Assembly (NCBI GenBank): GCA_038087875.1
Contig: CM075991.1
Location: forward strand, 7,814,001-7,878,000
DNA: 64,000 nt
Direction: 5' to 3'
DNA from: Malacoraja senta
Taxonomy: Eukaryota
Part shown: positions 51,970 to 63,882 of the stretch, in pieces
Layout of the letters: each line of letters opens with the position of its first letter
Numbering within the stretch: position 1 is the stretch's first letter
Made by a program: the position numbers and the translations under genes
The notes under the pieces: generated by a model
The model's input: the letters and a program-made list of their open reading frames with translations, nothing else
Told to the model about the DNA's origin: nothing
Database searches by the model: none

Positions 51970-52278
51970 GGCGGCAGGGTGGTGTAACAGTAGAGTTGCT
52001 TACTTACAGTGTCAGAGACCCCGGTTCGATCCTGACCACGGGCACTGTCTGTACGGAGTTTGTACGTTCTCCCTGTGACCGTGTGGGTTTTCTCCGGGTG
52101 CTCCGGTTTCCTCCCACACTCCAAAGACGTGCAGGTTTGCAGGTTAATTGGCATCGGTAAAATTGTAAGTTTGTCCCAAGTGCGCAGGATAGTGTTAGTG
52201 TACAGGGCGATCGCTGGTCAGTGCGGACTCGGTGGGCCGAAGGGCCTGTTTTCGTGCTGTATCTCTAAAGTCTAAAGT
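51970..52278 (+). mobile_element. HE1 V-SINE
   Basis: Full length. Confidence 0.92.
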
Positions 52279-52354
52279 TATAATGGCGCTGCAGTTAGTG
52301 CCTCTACCTCATTGTTCCCTGAACCAGTCTATGGTCCTAACCCCTGGTGCTGAC

Positions 52355-52620
52355 TTCGGCCCATTGAGTCAACGCTGACCAACGATCCCCACATACACGA
52401 GCACAATCCCACTTGCTGGGGACAATTTATAATCTTTACCAAAGCCAATTAACCCCATAAACATGTAGGTCTTTGGAGTTTGGGTGGAAACCAGAGCACC
52501 CGGAGAAAGCCCATGCGGTCACAGGGAAAATGTACAAATTCTGTGCAGAGAGCACCCATAGACGACATCAACCCCGGGTCTCTGGCACCGTAAGGCAGCA
52601 ACTCCACCGCTGTGCCACCG
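52355..52620 (-). mobile_element. HE1 V-SINE
   Basis: Head and V-domain present. Confidence 0.85.
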
Positions 52621-54235
52621 TAAATTGAATGGATTAAAGGCCGATAAATCCCCAGGGCCAGATAGGCTGCATCCCAGAGTACTTAAGGAAGTAGCTCCAG
52701 AAATAGTGGATGCATTAGTAATAATCTTTCAAAATTCTTTAGATTCTGGAGTAGTTCCTGAGGATTGGCGGGTAGCAAACGTAACCCCACTTTTTAAGAA
52801 GGGAGGGGGAGAGAAAACGGGGAATTACAGACCAGTTAGTCTAACATCGGTAGTGGGGAAACTGCTAGAGTCAGTTATTAAAGATGGGATAGCAGCACAT
52901 TTGGAAAGTGGTGAAATCATTGGACAAAGTCAGCATGGATTTACGAAAGGTAAATCATGTCTGACGAATCTTATAGAATTTTTCGAGGATGTAACTAGTA
53001 GCGTGGATAGGGGAGAACCAGTGGATGTGTTATATCTGGACTTCCAGAAGGCTTTCGACAAGGTCCCACATAAGAGATTAGGATACAAACTTAAAGCACA
53101 TGGCATTGGGGGTTCAGTATTGATGTGGATAGAGAACTGGCTGGCAAACAGGAAGCAAAGAGTAGGAGTAAACGGGTCCTTTTCACAATGGCAGGCAGTG
53201 ACTAGTGGGGTACCGCAAGGCTCAGTGCTGGGACCCCAGCTATTTACAATATATATTAATGACCTGGATGAGGGAATTGAAGGCAATATCTCCAAGTTTG
53301 CGGATGACACTAAGCTGGGGGGCAGTGTTAGCTGTGAGGAGGATGCTAGGAGACTGCAAGGTGACTTGGATAGGCTGGGTGAGTGGGCAAATGTTTGGCA
53401 GATGCAGTATAATGTGGATAAATGTGAGGTTATCCATTTTGGTGGCAAAAACAGGAAAGCAGACTATTTTCTAAATGGTGGCCGACTAGGAAAAGGGGAG
53501 ATGCAGCGAGACCTGGGTGTCATGGTACACCAGTCATTGAAAGTAGGCATGCAGGTGCAGCAGGCAGTGAAGAAAGCAAATGGTATGTTAGCTTTCATAG
53601 CAAAAGGATTTGAGTATAGGAGCAGGGAGGTTCTACTGCAGTTGTACAGGGTCTTGGTGAGACCACACCTGGAGTATTGCGTACAGTTTTGGTCTCCAAA
53701 TCTGAGGAAGGACATTATTGCCATAGAGGGAGTGCAGAGAAGGTTCACCAGACTGATTCCTGGGATGTCAGGACTGTCTTATGAAGAAAGACTGGATAGA
53801 CTTGGTTTATACTCTCTAGAATTTAGGAGATTGAGAGGGGATCTTATAGAAACTTACAAAATTCTTAAGGGGTTGGACAGGCTAGATGCAGGAAGATTGC
53901 TCCCGATGTTGGGGAAGTCCAGGACAAGGGGTCACAGCTTAAGGATAAGGGGGAAATCCTTTAAAACCGAGATGAGAAGAACTTTTTTCACACAGAGAGT
54001 GGTGAATCTCTGGAACTCTCTGCCACAGAGGGTAGTCGAGGCCAGTTCATTGGCTATATTTAAGAGGGAGCTAGATGTGGCCCTTGTGGCTAAAGGGATC
54101 AGAGGGTATGGAGAGAAGGCAGGTACGGGATACTGAGTTGGATGATCAGCCATGATCATATTGAATGGCGGTGCAGGCTCGAAGGGCCGAATGGCCTACT
54201 CCTGCACCTAATTTCTATGTTTCTATGTTTCTATG
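52621..54235 (+). mobile_element. Young CR1 LINE, 5'-truncated
   Basis: RT frame plus 3' UTR and (TTCTATGT)n tail. Confidence 0.97.
52625..54136 (+). CDS. CR1 ORF2 reverse transcriptase domain (open frame, but 5'-truncated with no endonuclease and no true start)
   Basis: 503 aa containing KSPGPD, NYRPVSLTS, QHGF, LDFQKAFDKV, GVPQGSVLGP and FADD. Confidence 0.9.
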   Translation: MNGLKADKSPGPDRLHPRVLKEVAPEIVDALVIIFQNSLDSGVVPEDWRVANVTPLFKKGGGEKTGNYRPVSLTSVVGKLLESVIKDGIAAHLESGEIIGQSQHGFTKGKSCLTNLIEFFEDVTSSVDRGEPVDVLYLDFQKAFDKVPHKRLGYKLKAHGIGGSVLMWIENWLANRKQRVGVNGSFSQWQAVTSGVPQGSVLGPQLFTIYINDLDEGIEGNISKFADDTKLGGSVSCEEDARRLQGDLDRLGEWANVWQMQYNVDKCEVIHFGGKNRKADYFLNGGRLGKGEMQRDLGVMVHQSLKVGMQVQQAVKKANGMLAFIAKGFEYRSREVLLQLYRVLVRPHLEYCVQFWSPNLRKDIIAIEGVQRRFTRLIPGMSGLSYEERLDRLGLYSLEFRRLRGDLIETYKILKGLDRLDAGRLLPMLGKSRTRGHSLRIRGKSFKTEMRRTFFTQRVVNLWNSLPQRVVEASSLAIFKRELDVALVAKGIRGYGEKAGTGY

Positions 54236-54954
54236 ACATGCTGCTGAGTTACTCCAGCACTTTGTGTCCTTTAAGGGACATACTGGACCTTGTGTTCGGA
54301 AATGAGCTTGGCCAGGTGACCAGTGTTTCAGTAGAAGAGTATTTTAGGGATAGTGATCACGACTCATTGAGTTATAACATTATTTTGAATGGAAGGGGGT
54401 GGGAGGCTATAATCAGCTGTGATCATATTAAATGGCCGGATAGGCTTGAGGGGCCGAATGGCCTACTCCTGCGCTGATTTTCATGTGTCCTTGGTCTTAT
54501 GCCCTTGGAGAAGGCATAGGAGACAGTGCCAGAATACAGATGAGGGGCTTGCATTATGTGGAGAGCCTTGGGAACAAGGAGGAAATCTGATGAGAGCATT
54601 TTTAATGGAGTAGATAAAAAGATTCTATTTCCATCGGCAGGTGGGCAGATAATCGCAGAGCAAAGTTAAGATAATTGCAGCAACTAAATCCAGGGAATTT
54701 GTAATTCTATTTACACAGAGGTTTATTGGCAGCTGCAATGCAGCCACGAAAGGTGGAAGCAGACCCAATCTTAGTTTTCGGTAAGACGGAAAGCCAGATC
54801 CAAACAGGCAGCTGAGAAGCGGGCAAATTAAGTTTGATAAAGTGTTGAAACAAGGAGATTAGCGCAGAAATGGAAAGCATGTAGAGAGATGCAAATAACT
54901 ATGGAAAGGGGTAAAATGAGGAGAGAGAGAGAGTCCTTGCTTTCTCTCTTGTTC

Positions 54955-55838
54955 TGTCCCTGTCCCACTTGGCCGTCATTTGCGCCTCATTTATGCGTCA
55001 TATGTAAAATAGGTCGACACGTTGTTACTCGCGACGTCACGTGCAAATCACACGTCATCATGCCGTCTGGTGCGCGTGACGTCATTAAAACAGCCTGCGG
55101 CGCGCGGCAACGGTGATCAAACCATGCGTCACCAGACGATACAAGGAAGTAAGTACGTTTATTTGCCAAGTATTCACATACAAGGAATTTGCCTTGGTGC
55201 TCCACCCACAAGTAACAACATGTCATACAGTGATAGTTACGAATGACTCAGAAAACACTAAACATTAATAATAATAAAGCATTAATGATAAAACACCATT
55301 GATCAAGCATGTGAACCAACAAAATACCAGATCAAAGGGAGGCTACAGATTTTTGGCTGTTGAGTAGAGCATAAACTGTTTTTATGTCTGGCTGTGGCAG
55401 CTTTGACAGTCCGGTGTCGCCTTGCAGAGGGAAGTGATTCAAAGAGTTTGTGGCCAGGGTGAGAGGGGTCAGAGGTGATCTTGCCCGCTCGCTTCCTGGC
55501 CCTTGCAGTGTACAGTTCATCAATGGAGAGAAGGTTGGAGCCAATAATCTTCTCTGCTGATCGGACGATTCGCTGCAGCCTCCAGGTGTCGTGCTTGGTG
55601 GCTGAGCCAAACCAAACCATGATGTGAGACGTCGGGACACCACCGTGCCACGCCAATGCGTCAGCGTGCGTACCCAATGCGTGCAGCACGAAATCCTGGA
55701 GTGCCGCGCGATACCGCGCGCAACTCCACACTCCTCCACGCCTCTTCATGCACCCGTCCCGCGCTACCCGTGCGTCACAACGCGATGACCACATTTTTGT
55801 AAATGGCGCATAAATGGCGGCCAAGTGGGACAGGCCCT
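54955..55838. mobile_element. PIF/Harbinger-type MITE (type D-like) split by a Rex fragment
   Basis: TIR CCTGTCCCACTTGGCCG / CGGCCAAGTGGGACAGGCCCT followed by TTA; left end degenerate. Confidence 0.8.
55141..55623 (-). mobile_element. Rex1/Babar 3' fragment
   Basis: VWFGSAT...LQRIVRSAEKIIG...DPSHPGHKLFESLPS peptide. Confidence 0.85.
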
Positions 55839-55979
55839 TTAGATTCAGCTCTTCGGGCTAATCAAGGGGTATGGAGAAAAAGCAGGAACAGGGTACTGAT
55901 TTTGGATGATCAGCCATGATCATATTGAATGGCAGTGCTGGCTTGAAGGGCTGAATGGCCTACTCCTATTTTCTATGAT

Positions 55980-55990
55980 AGAAGGAGAGG

Positions 55991-56068
<78 letters not shown>
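55980..56068. repeat. (GA)n microsatellite
   Basis: Read directly from the sequence. Confidence 0.98.
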
Positions 56069-56073
<5 letters not shown>

Positions 56074-56345
56074 CCTTAGGAAGTGATAACATCGCAGAGA
56101 GTGAAGTTAAAAGGAATTTAGTGGTGAGGAGATTCTGCACAGTGTGTGTCCAGTGAAGCGACGGATAACGAGACAGCCTATTGAGCAAGTGAAACCGGAG
56201 AGCGGCATGTTAAAATGTAGATTGGCCCTCGACGGCTGGGTTTGGTTCTGGCGAATGAGTGATCAATAAGGCATCCAGGCCTTTGAGTCACGGCAGAGTT
56301 GAAAGCAGACACAAGTGAAACTGATGTCTTGTAGCAAACCTCATG

Positions 56346-56618
56346 GGCGGCAAGCATAGTGGTGCAGCGGTAGAGTTGCTGCCTCACAGCGCCAGAGACC
56401 CGGGTTCGATCCTAACCACGGGTGCTGTCTGTACAGAGATTGTACTTCCGTGTGGGTTTCTCCAGTTTCCTCCCACACTTCTGGTTAATAGGCTTCGGTA
56501 AAATTGTAAATCGTCCCCAGTGCGTAGGATAGTGCTCGTGTATGGGGTGATCGCTGGTCGGCATGGACTCAGTAGGCCGAAGAGCCTGTTTCCACAATGT
56601 ATCTCTAAGCTAAACTAA
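56346..56618 (+). mobile_element. HE1 V-SINE
   Basis: Head, V-domain and tail present. Confidence 0.88.
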
Positions 56619-56764
56619 GACGACAAGGTGATAGGGAAACAGTGGAGAAATGTCCAAACACAAGGAACTGCAGATGCTGGTTTACAAATAAAAAAGTGCG
56701 GTACTGGAGCAACTAAGCAGGTTAGCCAGCATCTCTAGAGAACATGGATAGGTGACATTTCGTG

Positions 56765-57388
56765 TCTTTTTTTCCTTGGAGCGCAGGAGTCTGAGTGGTG
56801 ATCTTCACAGCAGTGTATAAAATGATGAGGGGGATAGATATTGTGAATGCACATTCTTCTACCCAGAGTAAAGGAATCAAAAACAAGAGGACAGATGTTT
56901 AAGGTGAGAGGGGTAAGATTTAATATAAACCTCAAGGGCAAATTTGTCGCTCAGAGGTAGTCACTTACGGGTATATGGAACGAGCTGCCAGAAGGGGTAG
57001 TTGAGGGAGATATGATATCAATGTTTAAAAGGCACTTAGGTAGACAAAATGCTGGAGAAACTCAGCGGGTGCGGCAGCATCTATGGAGAGAAGGAAATAG
57101 GCAACGTTTCGGGCCAAAACCCAAGGGTTTCGGCCCAAAACGTTGCCTCTTTCCTTCGCTCCATAGATGCTGCCGCACCCGTTGAGTTTCTCCAGCATTT
57201 TTGTCTACATTGGATTTTCCAGTTCCTTGTTGAACATTTTAAAAGGCACTTGCACAGTTACTTGGATAGGAAAGATTGAGAGGGATATGGGCCAAACACA
57301 GGCAAATGGGACCAGCTTAGATGGGGCATTTTGGTCGGCATGGTTGAATTGGCCTGTTTCCGTATCGTATATGACTCTATGATTCTAT
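56765..57388 (+). mobile_element. Older CR1 3' end split by a fold-back
   Basis: Similar to 26400-26752; TATGACTCTATGA tail. Confidence 0.75.
57038..57237. mobile_element. PLE-derived fold-back (second subfamily)
   Basis: Perfect flanking direct repeat TTTAAAAGGCACTT (57024-57037 / 57238-57251). Confidence 0.85.
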
Positions 57389-58329
57389 AACTCCAAGCAG
57401 AATCTGCAGCCCAGTTTAATGGAGGTACTGCCTCGCAAATTAGACGCAGAAGAATGTGGGCAAACTGAATTTGCCTGAGGATGTAACTGTTGAAAAAAGT
57501 AACGGTGATGATAAGGTTCAGCCTGATATCAACCAGCAGATATGACTGCAATGCCCCTTGCATGGCCTGGCCTTGGGGAAGGTGGGTGGGGAATCAATGG
57601 ATTTCCCTGCTGCGTTCAATTAGTCCCGTGCTTTTGATGATTGTTTCACAGTCTGTCTGCAGCTCCTCCCTCCACCTTTCAGAAGCAACGGCTTTTAATA
57701 AACTGCAAGGGATTCAGAAATTAAATACGTTTTTAATACAAGGGAGAAATAAAATATTTTTGATCCAATTTCTAAAATCTCGTATTAGATTTACTCAAGG
57801 ACTCCCTGATGGAAGCACCCACTTAATTTAAAAATATGTTCACAAATTCTTAATAGTAGAAGCAGAATTAGGTCATTCGGCCCTTCAAGTCTATTCCACC
57901 ATTCTATCATGACTAATCTATGCTTCCCTCTCAACCCCATTCTCCCGTCTTCTCCCCCATAGCCCCATAATCAAATCTTCGTTCATTGACATCGATCTCT
58001 TATGTACACCGGATGGGGGCATCGGTCGGTGGCAAGGCCAGCAATCGCTGGCGGTCTATTAACGGTGTTGCACTACGGCCTTGAGCTGACCGAGGGGCCG
58101 AGGGGCCATGTGCGAAGTGCATCCAGATTCTCAACACAGAGCGCGTGCTAAATCCAGGAGTGGAGTGGGAGGTCTGCTGTATCAACATCTGGCCCTCAGA
58201 ACACCCCTGATGTGCAAAGGTCAGAGGTTAACTGATCAGCAAAGACAATCTCCCCCAGTAGGGTCTGTGGAGTAGCAGTGAGGTTATGTTCTAACCCACT
58301 GTTGAGGCCACGTTTGGAGTATTTAGGAT

Positions 58330-58570
58330 GTTACGGTGGCGCAGTGGTAGAGTTGCTGCCTTACAGTACCAGAGACTCAGGTTCGATCCTGACTATGTGT
58401 GCTGTCTATTCGGAGTTTGTACGTTCTCCCCGTGACCGCGTGGGTTTTCACCATGTGCTTCGGTTTCCTCCCACACACCAAAGACGAACAGGTTTGGAGA
58501 TTAATTAGCTTTGGTGAAAACTGTAAGTTGTCCCTAGCGTGTCGGGGAGTGCTAATGTACAAGGATCGCT
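58330..58570 (+). mobile_element. HE1 V-SINE
   Basis: Head and V-domain present. Confidence 0.85.
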
Positions 58571-58977
58571 GTGCCGCCCTTTTTTTTAATCTTTCAATCA
58601 ATTCGCTCATTCATATCCATTATTGACGTCAACATTGTTTTAACCAAGTTAAATTATTTGTAGAACCCAAATGAAATTTCCATTTTAAATCAAGCTATAG
58701 ATTAATTTTCAAAAAAAAAAGACCAGCACTCTACATTTCAAACCAGTAGCTGGTCAAAAGCTCAAATATAGGAGCAACATTGATTTCTCTAATTTCAAGT
58801 AACCTCCTCATCCAACCCCCCCCAACCTAGTCGTCCAACTAGATCCACTTTTCGCATCCACTGTATCCCATCGTTTTCACCTTCAAAGACTTGATTGTTA
58901 TTCAAAAATACACCAACAAATGCAAGTCTGAACGAAATGTTGTTGCACCTCTTTCCCCGGCCGACAATGGGATATCA

Positions 58978-59637
58978 TGGGCAGCACGGTGGCGCAGCGG
59001 TAGAGTTGCTGCCTTGCAGCGCCAGAGACCCGGGTTCAGTCCTGACGACGGGTGCTTGTCTGTACGGAGTTTGTGCGTTCTCCCCGTGACCTGCGTGGGT
59101 TTCCGCTCCACGGTCTTCGGTTTCCTCCCACACTCCAAACAAAGACGCACGGGTTTGTAGGTTAATTGGCTTGGTATGAATGTAAAATTATCCCTAGTGT
59201 GTGTCGGGCAGTGTTAATGTGCAGGGATCGCTGGTCGGCGCAGACTCGGTGGGCTGATTTCCGCGCTGTATCTGTAAGGTAATAATAATAATAATAATGG
59301 ATGGGATTTATATAGCGCCTTTCTAATACTCAAGGCGCTTTACATCGCATTATTCATTCACTCCTCAGTCACACTCCGTGGTGGTGAGCTACTTCTGTAG
59401 CCACAGCTGCCCTGGGGCAGACTGACGGAAGCGTGGCTGCTAATCTGCGCCTACGGCCCCTCCGACCACCACCAATCACTCACACACATTCACACACATT
59501 CACACACATTCACACGCAGGCAAAGGTGGGTGAAGTGTCTTGCCCAAGGACACAACGACAGTATGCACTCCAAGCGGGATTCGAACCGGCTACCTTCCGG
59601 TTGCCAGCCGAACACTTAGCACTAAAGTAAACTAAAC
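58978..59637 (+). mobile_element. HE1 V-SINE with a SINE inserted in its tail
   Basis: Head runs to GCTGTATCT; the tail resumes at ACTAAAGTAAACTAAAC. Confidence 0.85.
59280..59620 (-). mobile_element. tRNA-derived CORE-type SINE with L2-type tail
   Basis: Minus strand shows B-box GGTTCGAATCC, CORE-like GTGTCCTTGGGCAAGACACTTCACC, and tail GTAAAGCGCCTTGAG...GCGCTATATAAAT..(ATT)n. Confidence 0.8.
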
Positions 59638-59753
59638 ACCCTTCCTTGAGCATCGGTTGCCAGCCCTGAGTTGTCCTGGCCTTTTCCCACCTCTTGTTCC
59701 CTTCCCTTGACTTTTAGTGAGGGGGGTTCTGAGTTAATAAAGTTCTATCGTAT

Positions 59754-60013
59754 CGAGATGAGAAAAACATTTTTCACACAAAGAGTGGTGAATCTCTGGA
59801 ACTCTCTGCCACAGAAGGTAGTTGAGGCCAGTTCATTGGCTATATTTAAGAGGGAGTTAGATGTGGCCCTTGTGGCTAAAGGGATCAGGGGGTATGGAGA
59901 GAAGGCAGGTACGGGATACTGAGTTGGATGATCAGCCATGATCATATTGAATGGCGGTGCAGGCTCGAAGGGCCGAATGGCCTACTCCTGCACCTATTTT
60001 CTATGTTTCTATG
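59754..60013 (+). mobile_element. CR1 3' end
   Basis: Near-identical to 53968-54235. Confidence 0.93.
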
Positions 60014-60344
60014 TAAACTAAAAATGCAATGCTTTAATCTCTCATTTTTTATCCATGAGCTGATATATAATTACTATTCTCCACGTTTGCTGTGTGTGCG
60101 TTTGTACTTATTATTGTGAATTTTATATTTACTCAATATTCCAATATTAAAAAGAAATTGGCAGTGTATTTTCTCTGCTGCCAACCCTGCTCTCCCACAC
60201 AAAGCAATTTATTGGAGTTAGCTAGCCTGGGGCATGAATCTGTTTTAAGACATCACCCATCCATTAGCCACTGGTTTAAATCCTTGGTTTTTAAATGGCA
60301 GCTTTGAAGTAATTTGTGGCATCAGTTATCCTAGAGCCAGTTCA

Positions 60345-60592
60345 GTTTAGTTTAGTTTATTGCTACGTGTTCCGAGGTACAGTGAAAAGTCCCCGTTGTG
60401 TGGAAACCAGTCAGTCAGTGGAAAGACAATACATGATGACAATCGAGCCATTTATAGTGTGTAGATACATGACAAGGGAATAACGTTTAGTGCAATGTAA
60501 AGTCTGATCGAAGGGTCACCAATGAGGTAGAAAGTAGTTCAGGACTGCTCTCTAGTTGTGGTAGGATGGTTCAGTCGCCTGGTGACAGCTGA
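60345..60592 (-). mobile_element. Rex1/Babar-type 3' tail fragment
   Basis: Similar to 14058-14288. Confidence 0.6.
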
Positions 60593-60714
60593 TCCATATC
60601 CCTCCCATTTCCTTTCATACCTGAGCACTAGTTTCAGTGACCTGGGCAGAAGATCACCTGGGTCCCGTTGACTATGCATTCCTCAATCCATCACCATTTA
60701 AAAAAAAAAAATTC

Positions 60715-60995
60715 TGCCTTACAGTGTTGCGTGCTGAAGTGGATGACTACGGGTACTGTCTGTACGGAGTTTGTACGTTCTCCCCATGACCTGCGTGGGT
60801 TTTCTCCGAGATCTTCGGTTTCATCCCACACTCCAAAGACGTACAGGTGTGTAGGTTAATAGGCTTGGTACAAGTGTAAATTGTCCCGAGTGTGTGTAGG
60901 GTTGTGTTTAATGTGCTGGGATCGCTGGTCGGTGCAGACTCGGTGGGCCGAAGATCCTGTTTCCGTGCTGTATCTCTAAACTAAACTAAACTAAA
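60715..60995 (+). mobile_element. HE1 V-SINE with damaged head
   Basis: V-domain and (CTAAA)n tail. Confidence 0.85.
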
Positions 60996-61112
60996 AAAAA
61001 AAGAAAGTTCTCTTTGACTTCCCTTCCCTTCCCCATTCCTTCTCTCCAGAGATGCTGCTTGTCCCACTGAGTTACTCTGGTATTTTGTGTCTCTAATGGG
61101 CAAGACCACTAA

Positions 61113-61329
61113 AGGGCCTGTCCCACTTTCACGACCTAATTCACGACCACTGCCGAGTTTGCCCTTGACTCATACTCGCAGCATGGTCGTCACGAGGTCG
61201 TAGCAGGTCATGATGCTAGTCGTAGGTACTCGTGGCATCAAGTAGGTCGGGGCGTTTTTTCTAGCATGATGAAAAATGTCCACGAGTAAAAAAGGTCGTG
61301 AATTAGGTCGTGAAAGTGGGACAGGCCCT
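61113..61329. mobile_element. PIF/Harbinger-type MITE (type C)
   Basis: Perfect TIR AGGGCCTGTCCCACTTTCACGACCTAATTCACGACC; TSD TAA. Confidence 0.92.
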
Positions 61330-61790
61330 TAAGTCTGGGAGCTTATGGACGAACGGTCCTAGGTTGAACACCCTGAAGACTGTGGTCATTAATTGAATGG
61401 TCGGTGTGGGCAAGATGGGCCGAAGTGCCAGTTTCCACGCTGTATGACTCTATGACTCTGTCACTGCGCCATTTCTCTGTAGCAAGCAGTGCATCATGAA
61501 GAAAATACCATGAAGGAACTTATTGACATTCTGAAATTGCTCACCAATAAATTGAAAAATCAGTACTCTACATTTCAATCCGGTCTCCAGTCTAAAGGGT
61601 CAGCTCAAATAAAGGAGGCCCCTTCTGAGCTAGGCCCAATGGATTCTTGCACAAAATGCTGGAGGAACTAGGCAGAGCAGGCAGCAGCTGTGAAGGGAAT
61701 GCATAGGTGACGTTTCAGGTCAGGACCCTTCTTCAGACGATAAGGAGAAACGGGTGCCAAAGAAACATGCAAATAGAACGATTGGAGATG

Positions 61791-61963
61791 TTTAAGAAAG
61801 AACTGCAGATGGTGGAAAAATCGAAGGTAGACAAAAATGCTGGAGAAACTCAGCGGGTGAGGCAGCATCAGTCTGAAGAAGGGTCTCGACCCGAAACGGC
61901 ACCTATTCCTTCGCTCCATAGATGCTGCCTCACCCGCTGAGTTTCTCCAGCATTTTTGTCTAC
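61791..61963. mobile_element. PLE-derived fold-back
   Basis: Perfect flanking direct repeat GAACGATTGGAGATG (61776-61790 / 61964-61978). Confidence 0.85.
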
Positions 61964-62748
61964 GAACGATTGGAGATGGCCAGTCGTTACTTTGGGCTGG
62001 GAAATGCTCTGTGCTTCAAACCAGGAGCCAGAAGGAGCCAGACTTGGGTGACAGGAGGCATGAGATATTTTTACCCGAGTGCTCCCGGCTAATGGAGTGT
62101 AGACCATACAGTCTCCAGATGGCAATCTGATGCAGCATGTCAATTGGGTTTGGTTGTTACATTCCGCTATCAAGGGGAGGAGAGCAACACTCAGCCATTA
62201 TCAAGACATGGGCCAAGTGCCAGAGGTTTGAAGTTCAAGTTCAAGAGAGTTTATTGTCATGTGTCCCTGATAGGACAATTAAATTCTTGCTTTGCTTCAG
62301 CACAACAGAACATAGCAGGCATTGACTACAAAACAGATCAGTGTGTCTAAGAAGGGTCTCGTCCCAAAACATCACCCATTCCTTCTCTCCAGAGATGCTG
62401 CCTGTCCCCCTGAGTTACTCCAGCTTTTTGTATCGTTCTTTGGTTTAAACCAGCATCTGCAGTTCCTTCCTACACATTTCGTCACCCTATAGAGACAGGG
62501 GGAACAAAACTGAAGGAACTAATTATCCATTTTGCTTCAGATTTCAAAACAGACTTCACAATGTTTATTTGTAGTGACTTTTGTTAAGTTTAGAGATACA
62601 GAGTGGGAAAAGGCCCTTCGTCTCAAAGAGTCCCGAGGGCAGCGTGCGCTGGTAGTGAGGTTCCGACGGTGCAGGAAGGATCTGACTGGGAGGGCCCCCC
62701 CTCACCACCACCCAAGCCAGATCTTGGTGCCTGTTGGTCAGTTCTGGC

Positions 62749-62920
62749 GTTGGAACATGGTCTCCTTTTATTGATTACTTAAAGGGTCAGAATAGTTCAG
62801 CACAGGAACCTGACTAGGACCCGGGCTAAAGAATGGATGAAATGCTATATTTAGAAATGTACGAATATATCTCGAATGAAGTTTTCTATTTTAATAAATT
62901 TTTCCATTCTTCTTTAACTA

Positions 62921-62959
<39 letters not shown>

Positions 62960-63154
62960 CTTCTCTTTCTTTTCTTTCTTTACTTCATCTTTCTCTTTAG
63001 TTCTATTTAGTTTAAAAAAAAAAAGGCAAAAGGTATTGGAGACAATGTAATAATAATTGACAATATTATCAATTTAAAAATGTAAGACTGTAATGATGTA
63101 ACTAGGCTGTGTACATATCTCCAATAAAAAAATATTAAAAAAAAAAAAAAAAAA
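62749..63154 (+). mobile_element. Poly(A)-tailed retroposed fragment, L1-like 3' UTR
   Basis: T-rich body, AATAAA at 63123, poly(A), and candidate TSD AGTTCTGGC (62740-62748 / 63155-63163). Confidence 0.55.
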
Positions 63155-63404
63155 AGTTCTGGCAATGAGCATTTTGCCAGACAAGCTGAGTTTCTCCAGC
63201 ATTTTTGTCTACGAATGATTGGAGATGGATCGACTGGAGATATGAACGATCAGTGAGCCACACCGTAGGATCCATTGAGTCTTTGTCTGCAGTACCTGTT
63301 CCATGCTGACCACTGCCCGATGGTCTTGTCAAAGGTGTTGGGCCTGAAAAACCTTTCAGTGAAGGGCAGAAGGTGCCCTGATCTATGAAGGCAAGCATAC
63401 CATA

Positions 63405-63595
63405 TAGGACTGACTTTGGTGCCTTCCCTCACAGTGGGAAACTTTTGATTCTGCTGTGTGGGGATGTTTTTATGTTGAACTCTATCGTGTGTGGTGTTCT
63501 TTATTGTTATTGTATGGCTGTATGGTGAACACACATTTCACTGTACCAACCGGCTCATGTGACAAATCAATGTATCTTGTATCTCTTGTATCATA
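63405..63595 (+). mobile_element. 3' part of the hairpin-domain retroposon with Rex-type tail
   Basis: Similar to 49722-49810, then TTTCACTGTACC..ATGTGACAAAT and (TATCTTG)n. Confidence 0.55.
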
Positions 63596-63711
63596 TGCCA
63601 TCTTCATCTACCTTCCCTGCACGTCTCATGGTTCCCGCCCCACTTGAAGTCCGGTTGTTGCACCTCTATCAGGCTCTCATTGTCTATGGTACCACCTCAC
63701 CCTACAGAATG

Positions 63712-63882
63712 ACGGCGCAGCGGTAGAGTCACTGCCTTACAGTGCCAGCGACCCAGGTTCGATCCTGACTATGGGTGCTGTCTTTGCGGAGTTTGTACGT
63801 TCCCCCCGTGACCGCATGGGTTTTCTCCGGGATCTCCCGTTTCCTGCCACACTCCAAAGACGCACAGGTTTGTGGGCTAATT
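63712..63882 (+). mobile_element. HE1 V-SINE head interrupted by CR1
   Basis: Head and V-domain present. Confidence 0.85.

Noticed and set aside
55303..55824. 173-aa ORF
   Set aside because: Chance fusion of MITE sequence to a Rex1/Babar fragment.
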